Source: Candidatus Rifleibacteriota bacterium | GTDB taxonomy: Bacteria; Muiribacteriota; Ozemobacteria; Ozemobacterales; Ozemobacteraceae | Length of the DNA: 64,000 nt | NCBI GenBank assembly: GCA_024710355.1 | Contig: JANJUX010000012.1 | Location: forward strand, 1 to 64,000 | Reading direction: 5' to 3' | Part shown: positions 34,689 through 43,682 of the stretch, in pieces | How the letters are laid out: every line of letters begins with the position of its first letter | Position numbering within the stretch: the stretch's first letter is position 1 | Translations under genes and position numbers: made by a program | The notes under the pieces: model-generated | Told to the model about the DNA's origin: nothing | What the model saw: the letters and a program-made list of their open reading frames with translations, nothing else | The model's database searches: none

Positions 34689-36999
34689 TATTTACTGTTC
34701 ATTGCACGACAAAACCAACGACAGGCTTGTTCCGTTGCAGGCGGTAGCCGTAAAGGGTCTGGTTAACGGCCTTTCGGTGAACTGGCAGGTAATTCAGCGT
34801 TTCACCAATAATGAAAAAAAGGCAATCGAGGCGGTTTTTTCCTTTCCGTTGCCCGCCGGCGCCACACTGGGTTCTCTTAAAATACTCACCGGCGACCGGG
34901 TTATTACCGCGGCCGTTGAAGAGCGTGAGAAAGCATTCGAAAAATATGACGAAGCGATAAGCGAAGGCGATGGAGCTTTTTTGCTCGACCAGGAACGCCC
35001 GGATCTTTTTGTCATGAGTCTCGGCAATCTTCTGCCCGGGCAGCAGGTTGAAATTCAGCTGGGCATGTTTCAGCTGCTCGAGGCTCAGGCAGATTCAGCA
35101 AGAGTTTCTTTTCCGGTGGTGATCGTGCCCAGATATTTTCCGGCCGCGAGTGCTGCCGAGATGTCTGAGTGGGAGAGAATCACTCCCGATTATGCCGCAC
35201 GGGTTCCTTATGGATTCAGTTTCAATCTCAAGGTAATGCAGAATTCGGCGCTGCGCACCGTAGAGTCACCGAGTCACCCGATCAGAGTTGAACTGGGCCA
35301 GAATGAGGCCGATGTGTGTCTTGCACAGGCTTCGGTAATGCCTGATAAAGATATTGTGGTCAACTTTTCGCTGGCCGAAAAAATCAGACCGGCTGTTACA
35401 CACTGTGTTTTCAACGGCCGTGAGCATCTGCTGGTTGAGCTTTTTCCGGAGATCGAGACCGGAGAGCCGGCAGCCCCGAAAGAAGTGGTTTTTGTGGTCG
35501 ATTGCTCGGGGTCAATGCAGGGTGATTCGATTCGAGAGGCGGTTAATGCTCTGCAGCTTTGTGTCAGATCTTTGAATGAGGGCGATTATTTTCAGATTGT
35601 CTGCTTTGGCAGCAGCTTCAGGCGCCTTTTCAAAAAGCCGCAGGTTTTACATGACCAGTCGCTGGAAGAAGCTACCCGCCTGATTTCTGGCATCGGGGCT
35701 GATATGGGCGGCACTGAGATTCTGCCGGCCATGCAGGTTGCTGTTGAAGGCCTGCAGACCGAATTTGCCAGTCTGGTGCTTTTTACCGACGGTGAAGTCG
35801 GTAACGAAAAAGAAGTGATCGACTTTGCGGTCAGCAGTCGCAGCCGTTGCCGGGTATTTTCGTTCGGTATCGGCAATGGCGTCAGCGAATCGCTGGTGCG
35901 TGGGGTTGCCGATCGCAGTGGTGGTGCCGCCGAGTTTGTTTTTCCGGGCGAACGCATCGAGCCAAAGGTGCTGCGTCAGTTCAAACGGCTATCGGCGCCG
36001 ATTCTTTCAGAAATAACCGCTGACTGGAGCTGTGGAGGACTTGAGAGTGCTCCGTTGTCCTTCAATAGGCTGTTTTCTGGTGAGGTGATACGGTTTGCCG
36101 CCCGGGCAGAGTCTGGCAAGCCATTGCCATCCGATCTGAAGGTAACTCTTTCGGCAATGTGTGGTGCAAAAAAGCTGGTTTATACGGCCGAAGCGCCGCG
36201 GTCGTCAGTCGGCAGCGTTCCGGCACTGTGGTGGGCGCAGAAATACATCGAAATGCTCGACAATGGCGAAGCAAAGACTGCTTCGGGTAGTCATCAGAAT
36301 CGAAAGAAAGCAAAGAATGCCGATGCTGAAATGATCGAAATGTCGAAAGAATACGGCATCATCTGCTCGAAAACCAGTTACATAGGGATAGAAGAGCGCT
36401 GCAAAAGCGAAAAGAATGATGGTCGGGTCGAGCTGCGGCGTATCCCGGTTATGGTGCCGGCCGGTCGCGATTTTATGGGCAGCGTTGCTGGCGGTGGCAT
36501 CATTTCGCGGTGCTGCAATTATCTTGCTGATTCTTTTGTGGCCTGTATTTCGCCGGCCCCGGCGATTTTGCGCAGTCTTAATGAAGACTCGGGCAAATGC
36601 TACTCTGCGCCGGTCAGTCGCTCGATGCCTTCCGGGACTGGTGCCGATCGGGTCGCAAAATCTGCAATTGAAATGCCGTTTGTTCCGTCGGCCCCGGCCG
36701 GCAAAGAAGACAGAATCGTTGAAATCCTGGTATTTGCCGGCTCAGATGGCTTGTTCAAACACTCTGAAAAGCTTCTCAGTCTTATCGCTGCCAGTGAAGC
36801 CGACTTTGCGGCACAGCTGGCACTGGCGCCGGCTGGTCTCGCGCCAGCTGACAAAGAAAAGTTTGCGATGTCGCTGCTGGTTAAAACCTACCTCGAAAAC
36901 AATTGCCAACCCGAGAAAGATCTCTGGTCGGCAATTGTCGAAAAGGGCTGGCGCAAGCTGCAGGCAATGACTCTGGCGGATATGCCGGATAATCTGTAG
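34681..36999 (+). CDS. VIT (vault protein inter-alpha-trypsin) + von Willebrand factor A domain protein with ~300-aa uncharacterised C-terminal region
   Basis: VIT-like N-terminal ~130 aa. vWA with MIDAS DxSxS (VVFVVDCSGSMQGDS), T (GGTEI) and D (LFTDGE). Trimmed to ATG MSNIYCSLHDK.... Confidence 0.8.
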   Translation: MSNIYCSLHDKTNDRLVPLQAVAVKGLVNGLSVNWQVIQRFTNNEKKAIEAVFSFPLPAGATLGSLKILTGDRVITAAVEEREKAFEKYDEAISEGDGAFLLDQERPDLFVMSLGNLLPGQQVEIQLGMFQLLEAQADSARVSFPVVIVPRYFPAASAAEMSEWERITPDYAARVPYGFSFNLKVMQNSALRTVESPSHPIRVELGQNEADVCLAQASVMPDKDIVVNFSLAEKIRPAVTHCVFNGREHLLVELFPEIETGEPAAPKEVVFVVDCSGSMQGDSIREAVNALQLCVRSLNEGDYFQIVCFGSSFRRLFKKPQVLHDQSLEEATRLISGIGADMGGTEILPAMQVAVEGLQTEFASLVLFTDGEVGNEKEVIDFAVSSRSRCRVFSFGIGNGVSESLVRGVADRSGGAAEFVFPGERIEPKVLRQFKRLSAPILSEITADWSCGGLESAPLSFNRLFSGEVIRFAARAESGKPLPSDLKVTLSAMCGAKKLVYTAEAPRSSVGSVPALWWAQKYIEMLDNGEAKTASGSHQNRKKAKNADAEMIEMSKEYGIICSKTSYIGIEERCKSEKNDGRVELRRIPVMVPAGRDFMGSVAGGGIISRCCNYLADSFVACISPAPAILRSLNEDSGKCYSAPVSRSMPSGTGADRVAKSAIEMPFVPSAPAGKEDRIVEILVFAGSDGLFKHSEKLLSLIAASEADFAAQLALAPAGLAPADKEKFAMSLLVKTYLENNCQPEKDLWSAIVEKGWRKLQAMTLADMPDNL

Positions 37000-37058
37000 T
37001 TACGCTGCATGTTATAATCAACCCGATGAGTTTTTTACAGAATCTTTGATCGAGGTTA

Positions 37059-37952
37059 ATGATGGCTGAACAACAGCAGATGGCAGCGCCGTCGGTTGCC
37101 GATGCCAATGCCCGGGCAGAAGAGAAAAAGCTTGAGATGCTCGGGGCGCTGATTTCTGGCATTACGCACGAGATCAACACTCCGATGCATTATCTTGAAA
37201 ACAATCTGACCTTCATGAAGTCATCGTTCAATGATCTGATCCGGTTGATCAATGGTTACAAAAAACTCGTCGAAACCGCCAGAGCCGGCAGAATGCCGTC
37301 AGCTCACGACTGGCAGGAGCTCAGCGAAATTGAATCTGAAAGCGAATCTGAATACCTGCAGGCCGAACTTGCTGATGCTCTGCAGCAATCGCTCGAAGGT
37401 ATCGACATGGTTTCGCGACTGGTTCTGGCATTGAAAGATTTTTCGCACCCCTCGCTGCATGAATTCACTTTGATAGATGTTAATAAATGCATCGATACGG
37501 TCTGCACCATCTCGCGGCACGAATGGAAGCGCCTGGCAGACCTGCATTCAGACCTTGCCGGCGACCTGCCATATATTTACGGATCACGCGATGAACTGCA
37601 TCAGGTGCTGCTCAACCTGATCGTCAATTCTGCCCATGCGATTGGCGAGAAGATTGCTGCCGGCACTTACCGCCGCGGTAACATCAGAATCAGCAGTCGT
37701 GCTGCCGGTGACCGTATCGAAATCGAAATTGCCGACGACGGGCCCGGTATTCCGCCAGAAAACCTGGCAAAGATCTTTGAACCGGATTTTACAACCAAAC
37801 CTGCCGGCAAAGGTACCGGGCTTGGCTTGAGCCTTGTCAGAAAGATAGTCGAAGAAGCTCACGGTGGCTGTGTCAGTGTTGTTTCAGAGCCGCAGTGTGG
37901 TGTAACCTTCAGAATTCTGCTGCCGCACCGGCGCAATGAAAAAGATCTGTAA
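37059..37952 (+). CDS. Soluble sensor histidine kinase (HisKA + HATPase_c)
   Basis: H-box ISGITHEINTPM. N-box LLNLIVNSAHA. G-boxes DDGPGI and GTGLGL. No TM segments. Confidence 0.8.
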   Translation: MMAEQQQMAAPSVADANARAEEKKLEMLGALISGITHEINTPMHYLENNLTFMKSSFNDLIRLINGYKKLVETARAGRMPSAHDWQELSEIESESESEYLQAELADALQQSLEGIDMVSRLVLALKDFSHPSLHEFTLIDVNKCIDTVCTISRHEWKRLADLHSDLAGDLPYIYGSRDELHQVLLNLIVNSAHAIGEKIAAGTYRRGNIRISSRAAGDRIEIEIADDGPGIPPENLAKIFEPDFTTKPAGKGTGLGLSLVRKIVEEAHGGCVSVVSEPQCGVTFRILLPHRRNEKDL

Positions 37953-37967
37953 AGCCGCGGAGGAAGC

Positions 37968-39182
37968 GTGAAAACATACAGTATTCTGTTCGCCGACCCT
38001 GATCAGAAGGTGCATGATGGGCATCGACGCATGATCAGGGCTCTGAGGCCTGACTGGAACCTGCTGTTTGCGGTTTCGGCACGCGAGGCCATGAACAAGA
38101 TTACCCTTTACCGTCCTGAAGTCGTTGTCTCAGAACTGAATATGAAGCTTGAAGACGGTTCTGATCTTTTAAAGGCCGTGCAGGTGGCTTACCCTGAGGT
38201 TATCCGCATCGTTCTTTCGAGTGAGCCCGATGGCGAATCCGAAGTGATTCTCAGATCGACACAGTCAGCACACCGTTTTCTCGCAAAGCCCTGCAAAGGC
38301 GAGATTCTGCTCGAACAGATCGAAAAGGCGGGCAGCCTGCGACGCCTGCTCAACAGCCGCGAGCTTCTTGAAATAATCAGCGGCATTCCGTATCTGCCGA
38401 GTCTGCCGCAACTTTATCATGAACTGGTGCGGGCGGTTGAGTCGCCATTGATATCACTCAGTGAAATTGGCGAAATTATCGCCCGCGATGTATCGATGAC
38501 CGGCAGAGTGCTGCATCTGGTCAATTCGGCATTTTTTGGCCTGCCGCGCCAGGTTTCAAACCCGCAGACAGCGGTGGTTCTTCTCGGCATCAACGTCATC
38601 AAATCGCTTGTATGCTATGTGAAGCTCTTTTTTGCGGCCCCCGACATCATCATGCCCGGCCTGTCACTCGATAAGCTCTGGCTGCACAGCTCTCTGACGG
38701 CGCGCTTGAGTCGCGAAATCGCCACCAATCTGAATTCCCCGCCAAGTGTCCAGGAAGACGCCTTCCTTGCCGGCATGCTGCACGACGTCGGCAAACTGCT
38801 GCTGCTCGATCATCCGCGCTATTTTAGCCGGGTGCTGCAGCCGATGTCGGGTAATTCCGAAAAAGAATTTTCTGAAGCTGAATACAAAACCTTCGGCGTC
38901 TCTCACGCAGAGATCGGGGCCTACCTTCTTGGCCTCTGGGGTCTGCCCGATCCGGTTGTCGAGGCCGTTGCCTGCCACCACCGGCCCGGCCAGCTGAAAC
39001 TCGAAAAATCGACCGTGCTGGTTGCTACTCACCTGGCAAATGCCTTTTTGTGCATGGCGGCAGGTGAGGCGGCGGTCATCGACCCTGGTATCGCCGCCGA
39101 AGTGCACGTCAAAAGGCTTTTCGATGCCTGGAAAAAGCGGGCCGGAGTTCTCTATCTTGAAAGCAACAGGGAAGCAGCCTGA
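37968..39182 (+). CDS. Pseudo-receiver (REC-like, Asp to Glu) + HDOD domain signalling protein
   Basis: REC-like fold with ILFADPD...VVVSELNM (phospho-acceptor position is E). C-terminal HDOD (GMLHDVGKLLL). Confidence 0.7.
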   Translation: MKTYSILFADPDQKVHDGHRRMIRALRPDWNLLFAVSAREAMNKITLYRPEVVVSELNMKLEDGSDLLKAVQVAYPEVIRIVLSSEPDGESEVILRSTQSAHRFLAKPCKGEILLEQIEKAGSLRRLLNSRELLEIISGIPYLPSLPQLYHELVRAVESPLISLSEIGEIIARDVSMTGRVLHLVNSAFFGLPRQVSNPQTAVVLLGINVIKSLVCYVKLFFAAPDIIMPGLSLDKLWLHSSLTARLSREIATNLNSPPSVQEDAFLAGMLHDVGKLLLLDHPRYFSRVLQPMSGNSEKEFSEAEYKTFGVSHAEIGAYLLGLWGLPDPVVEAVACHHRPGQLKLEKSTVLVATHLANAFLCMAAGEAAVIDPGIAAEVHVKRLFDAWKKRAGVLYLESNREAA

Positions 39183-40333
39183 TGAAGCCAAAAGTTCTCT
39201 TCGTTGACGACGAACCCAATATCATTCACTCTTACAGCCGCGGGCTGCGCAAAGACTGGGAGCTGGTAACCGCTCTGAGCGGTGAAGAAGCTTTGCGGGC
39301 TGTCGAACAGCATGGCCCGTTTCCCGTTATCGTTGCCGATTTCAATATGCCGCGCATGGATGGCATCGCTTTTCTTGCCAGAACCATTGCATTGTCGCCA
39401 GAAAGCGTGCGCATGATGCTGACCGGTGAAGGCGACTTTCACATTGCCACCAAAGCGGTGAACGAAGGCAATATTTTTCGTTTCATTACCAAGCCCTGCC
39501 AGCTTGAACAGCTCAATCGCCTGCTGCACGAAGCCTATCGCCAGTATCGCCTGCAGCAGCTCGAAAAAGAAGCGCATCAGCAGGAACTCGTCATTGCCGG
39601 CGAAATTCAGAGTACACTGCTGATGGAAAAGGTGCCGGCTGAAGTCAACGGCCTTGATATTGCGGCGGTTACCGTGCCTTCAAAAGATGTCGATGGCGAT
39701 TTTATCGATTTTTTCAGGTTCAACGATAATCGCTTCGACCTGGTAGTCGGCGATGTCATGGGCAAGGGACTGCACGCCGCCATGGTCGGTGCCGGTGCCC
39801 GCAACCAGCTGGCGCGGGTGCTCTGGCAGCTTTCATTGCGTGATGAAACCCGTGACCTTGAGCCAGCTGAAATAATGAATGCATTCAGGCATGTGATGGA
39901 ACCCGGGCTGAATCAGGTGCAGAAATTTATCACCATGATGTATGCCAGTTTTGACATGTCGCAGCAGCTGATGACCTTTGTCGATGCCGGGCATGCACCG
40001 GTTCTCTGGTATTCTGCCGCAGAAAAGGTCTGGCGTGAGGTTAAAGGAAGCGGCGGCCCGGTTGGGCTGCCTTTCAAACGGCCTTTCGAGCAGAGCCGTC
40101 TGACTTTTGCGCCGGACGATATCGTTCTGTTTTATTCTGACGGCCTCTGGGACGGCCGCAACGCCGCAAAAGAGTCGTTTGGCGAGGTAGAGTTGATGCG
40201 CTGCGTCTCTCGTCTGGCCGATTGCGATGCCCGGCAGTTTGTCGAGTCACTGCTCGAAGATTACCGTCGCTTCGTGGTTCCGGGCCCATTTTTTGACGAT
40301 CTGACGATGGTGGCTGTCAGGATACCACGCTGA
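39182..40333 (+). CDS. Response regulator receiver + PP2C-family (SpoIIE/RsbU-type) serine phosphatase
   Basis: REC with VLFVDDE...VIVADFNMPRMDG and the conserved K (ITKP). PP2C motifs (DVDGDFIDF, VVGDVMGKGLHAA, FYSDGL). 1-nt overlap with the upstream gene. Confidence 0.85.
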   Translation: MKPKVLFVDDEPNIIHSYSRGLRKDWELVTALSGEEALRAVEQHGPFPVIVADFNMPRMDGIAFLARTIALSPESVRMMLTGEGDFHIATKAVNEGNIFRFITKPCQLEQLNRLLHEAYRQYRLQQLEKEAHQQELVIAGEIQSTLLMEKVPAEVNGLDIAAVTVPSKDVDGDFIDFFRFNDNRFDLVVGDVMGKGLHAAMVGAGARNQLARVLWQLSLRDETRDLEPAEIMNAFRHVMEPGLNQVQKFITMMYASFDMSQQLMTFVDAGHAPVLWYSAAEKVWREVKGSGGPVGLPFKRPFEQSRLTFAPDDIVLFYSDGLWDGRNAAKESFGEVELMRCVSRLADCDARQFVESLLEDYRRFVVPGPFFDDLTMVAVRIPR

Positions 40334-40475
40334 GATTTCCGGCGGGAATCTGCCCCAATTGCCAATATTAAGGCGTTTTAGTGTGTCTGACCTGCTTCTT
40401 ACGACTGCCGATTGCGCAATTTCTCTCTGTCAGTATAATTAATAGCTCAGGTAGTATTCTGGGGTGGAGGCTTTT

Positions 40476-42392
40476 ATGCGCAGATATTTTCTTGCCCTTT
40501 CGCTGGCGGTTGCAGGCTGCTTTGCTCCTTCTGATGTTATGGCCGGGCCGATGACTCAGGTGTCGCCAAATATCAGCATCGGCTTTGGCCCTTCTAAACG
40601 GGGCGAAACCGGCCTGGATACTGAGTTTATCAAATTCGTCGATGGCGCCAGAAAAACTCTGCACGGAGCTTTTTTCGAAATTCGTCTCGATTCGGTTGTC
40701 GATGCCTTCATTCGCGCGAAGAAACGCGGCGTTGACGTTAAGCTGGTCGTTGACAACAACTACTACTTTCTGCCGCCCGATCCGGCAACCCAGGACGATG
40801 TCGATTCGCTGACACCGCACCCGATAAAGGCTCCGGCCCGTCGCAATGGCGCTCAGCCGGTTCAACCTGAACTCAACCCTTTTATTGCCAGACTTCTGGC
40901 TGCCGGCGTTGAAGTCTTAGATGACAACAACCGCTCCAGCCTGATGCACAACAAATTCGGTATTCGCGATGGCGAATCTGTCTGGACCGGCAGCTTCAAT
41001 CTCACCGATACCTGCAGTTACAAAAACCCGAACAACGCCATTCAGGTTAAGTCTAAAGAGCTGGCCGCCATTTACTCGGCCGAATTTAAAGAAATGTTCT
41101 TCGACCGCTCATTTGGCCCGAGTTCGCCACGCCATGCCGAGCGTCAGATGGTCAAAGTCGATGATACCAACATCGAAGTATTTTTCGCACCCGAAGATAA
41201 CCCGAATGCCCGCATTGCCGAGGCCATTTCTGAAGCCGAAAAAGAAGTGTTTTTTATGCAGTTTGCCTTTACTGCTGACGATCTTCGCGATCTGCTGATC
41301 AAAAAATTCAAAGCGGGTTGCGATGTTAAGGGCATTTTCGATCGCATGCTCTACCGCAGCACCGGCCCGTTCGGCGAATTTTCACACCTGACCGAGGTCG
41401 GTATTCCGGTCAGAATCTACCCAAACGAAGGCAAATTTCACCACAAGGTTTTTGTGGTCGACTCCAACGGTAAGGACCCGCGCGTGGTTCTCGGCTCGGA
41501 GAACGCCTCTACCAACGGTAACCGCGCCAATGATGAAAACATCATGGTTCTGCACTCAAAAAAAATTGCCGGCATGTTTCGCGAAGAATTCACCGAATAT
41601 TTCGGAAAATTCAGCGATGCGGCCGCATTCATGCAGATCGCCGATCTGCCCTTTGCCGGCGAGCCGATCTCGATGGGTGAGCTGCATATTTTTGCCAATG
41701 GCCGCGACATCGACCAGATCAAGGTCGAGTATCCGGCCCGCTGGAAGGTTGACGGGCTTGGCCGCGGTGCGGTTGAAGTGCTGCGCGGCAAGCGCAATAC
41801 TACCGAAGACGAAAAAATAAGATTTTTCCGCAACGGTTTCATTCTCGAAACCGCCGGTCTGCAGGGTAATGGAGCTAAATCAAGCTTGTCACTGCGCTTT
41901 AATCAGATTCCCGCCCCCGAAATTGCCGGGAAATATGCCGTTCTGGTTTCTGTGTCGGAACGTGGCGGGCCCGACAGGTTCGTGACTCTGCGCAACAATC
42001 CGACAGTCTGGGTTTTCAACCCTGAAAAGATCGAAGATTTCACCCGTCTTCTCGATTACACTGAATTGCTGCACAATTCTCTCGAAGCCATGAAGGGGAG
42101 CCTGAATTCGACTCAGCAGAAAAACCAGGCCAATATTTTCAGAATGGCGGTAAACAAAGTTCAGAAGATCGTCTGTGATGGAATCAGCGGCGGCGAGTAT
42201 CAGCGGGCTGAAATGGCCATTGCCAAAATCGAAAGCTTCACAAAGCGCTGGCGCCCGTTCATTCTTTCTGTTTCGGGCAATCTCAAGCCGCTGCGCGACG
42301 CACTCAAACATCGCGTGGTGCATGACAGCGACGAAACCGCTGCCAGGCTTCTGAAGCGTGTCGAAAGCTTTATTCTCGATGCCACACAGTGA
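40476..42392 (+). CDS. Secreted phospholipase D-superfamily protein (two HKD motifs) with ~250-aa C-terminal extension
   Basis: Signal peptide. HKD motif 1 HNKFGIRDGESVWTGSFNLT. HKD motif 2 HHKVFVVDSNGKDPRVVLGSENAST. Confidence 0.75.
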   Translation: MRRYFLALSLAVAGCFAPSDVMAGPMTQVSPNISIGFGPSKRGETGLDTEFIKFVDGARKTLHGAFFEIRLDSVVDAFIRAKKRGVDVKLVVDNNYYFLPPDPATQDDVDSLTPHPIKAPARRNGAQPVQPELNPFIARLLAAGVEVLDDNNRSSLMHNKFGIRDGESVWTGSFNLTDTCSYKNPNNAIQVKSKELAAIYSAEFKEMFFDRSFGPSSPRHAERQMVKVDDTNIEVFFAPEDNPNARIAEAISEAEKEVFFMQFAFTADDLRDLLIKKFKAGCDVKGIFDRMLYRSTGPFGEFSHLTEVGIPVRIYPNEGKFHHKVFVVDSNGKDPRVVLGSENASTNGNRANDENIMVLHSKKIAGMFREEFTEYFGKFSDAAAFMQIADLPFAGEPISMGELHIFANGRDIDQIKVEYPARWKVDGLGRGAVEVLRGKRNTTEDEKIRFFRNGFILETAGLQGNGAKSSLSLRFNQIPAPEIAGKYAVLVSVSERGGPDRFVTLRNNPTVWVFNPEKIEDFTRLLDYTELLHNSLEAMKGSLNSTQQKNQANIFRMAVNKVQKIVCDGISGGEYQRAEMAIAKIESFTKRWRPFILSVSGNLKPLRDALKHRVVHDSDETAARLLKRVESFILDATQ

Positions 42393-42414
42393 TTGTTGCA
42401 CAAGGAAACCTGAA

Positions 42415-43596
42415 ATGATGAAACACCTGAAAAATCTGGCGCTTGCGGTTCTGCTCTTGTCTTCATCGGCCGCTCTGGCAACGGAGCTGACGATTGTTGT
42501 CAATGTTCCGGCTGCCACTCCCGATGCCGAAAAGGTCTGCATTACCGGCAATCATGAGCTTCTTTCCGAATGGTCGGGTGCCGGCATGCCCCTGCAGGAA
42601 ACCGGCCCCGGGCTGCACCAGTTTCGCAGCGAAATCCCTGACGGAACGATGCTCGAATTCAAGTTTACCCGCGGCAGCTTCGCCACTGTCGAAAAGACGG
42701 CGCAGGGGCTCGAAAGACCGAATCGCCGCCTGCTGGTCAAGGGCGACAAGATGGTCGAACGTGCTGTGGTCGAAGCCTGGTCAGATCAGGCCGGCAGCGG
42801 TTCTGCAAACCAGCCGCCAATGATAACCGGAAACTATAAAGTTCTTCGCCAGGTGAAATCGGCATTTCTGGCGCCGGCGCGTGATGTGATCGTCTGGCTG
42901 CCGCCTTCCTATGACAAGCCAGGCAGTTCGAGTCGTCGTTACCCGGTTATTTACATGCACGACGGTGGCAATCTCTTCGACCCGGGCACCTCTTTCGGCG
43001 GCGTCGACTGGGGTATCGACGAGGCCATGGACGAAGGCATCGCCCGTGGTGAACTGAACGATGCCATTGTTGTCGGAATCGGCAACACCGCTGACCGCAT
43101 GAGCGAGTATACGCCTTTTCCGGACCCGAAGCACAAGGGTGGCAATGGTGAAAAATATGCCCGTTTTCTTGTCGAAGAGCTCAAGCCCCTCGTTGATCGC
43201 AGTTTCAGGACTCTCAAAGATCGCCGCAATACCTTCGTCGGCGGTTCTTCACTCGGTGGCCTGATATCACTTTACATCGGGGTTTCGCGGCCAGAGGTGT
43301 TTTCGGGGATCATCGCCATGTCGCCTTCGATCTGGTGGGCCAATGGCGGCATAATAGAATGGCTGCTGCAGAATGATCTGGCGTCATGGCAGGGCAAGAT
43401 CTGGGCCGATATGGGCACGCGCGAAGGCGAAGAGGCGATAAGATTCAGTCGTCAGCTCGCCGAAACCGTAAAACAGAAATGCCCGGCCTTCAAAGGCCTG
43501 GTTTATCGCGAATTTTCGGGTGGCAGCCATTCTGAAGCCTCCTGGAAGCAGAGAATACATCTGCCGCTGCGCCTCTTTATCGGCCGCCGCAAATAA
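42415..43596 (+). CDS. Secreted esterase-D / enterochelin-esterase-like alpha/beta hydrolase with N-terminal beta-sandwich domain
   Basis: Signal peptide. PF00756-like core (YPVIYMHDGGNLF, nucleophile elbow GGSSLGG). Confidence 0.7.
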   Translation: MMKHLKNLALAVLLLSSSAALATELTIVVNVPAATPDAEKVCITGNHELLSEWSGAGMPLQETGPGLHQFRSEIPDGTMLEFKFTRGSFATVEKTAQGLERPNRRLLVKGDKMVERAVVEAWSDQAGSGSANQPPMITGNYKVLRQVKSAFLAPARDVIVWLPPSYDKPGSSSRRYPVIYMHDGGNLFDPGTSFGGVDWGIDEAMDEGIARGELNDAIVVGIGNTADRMSEYTPFPDPKHKGGNGEKYARFLVEELKPLVDRSFRTLKDRRNTFVGGSSLGGLISLYIGVSRPEVFSGIIAMSPSIWWANGGIIEWLLQNDLASWQGKIWADMGTREGEEAIRFSRQLAETVKQKCPAFKGLVYREFSGGSHSEASWKQRIHLPLRLFIGRRK

Positions 43597-43610
43597 AACT
43601 ATAACATCTG

Positions 43611-43640
43611 TACAAAACACAACACCCCGCAGCAGTGCGG
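43611..43640. terminator. Bidirectional intrinsic terminator between convergent genes
   Basis: 12-bp stem acaacaccccgc / gcggggtgttgt with a 6-nt loop. Confidence 0.5.
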
Positions 43641-43682
43641 GGTGTTGTCGTTAAGGTTGGTTGCTGAAAGCCTGGTTTGGCT

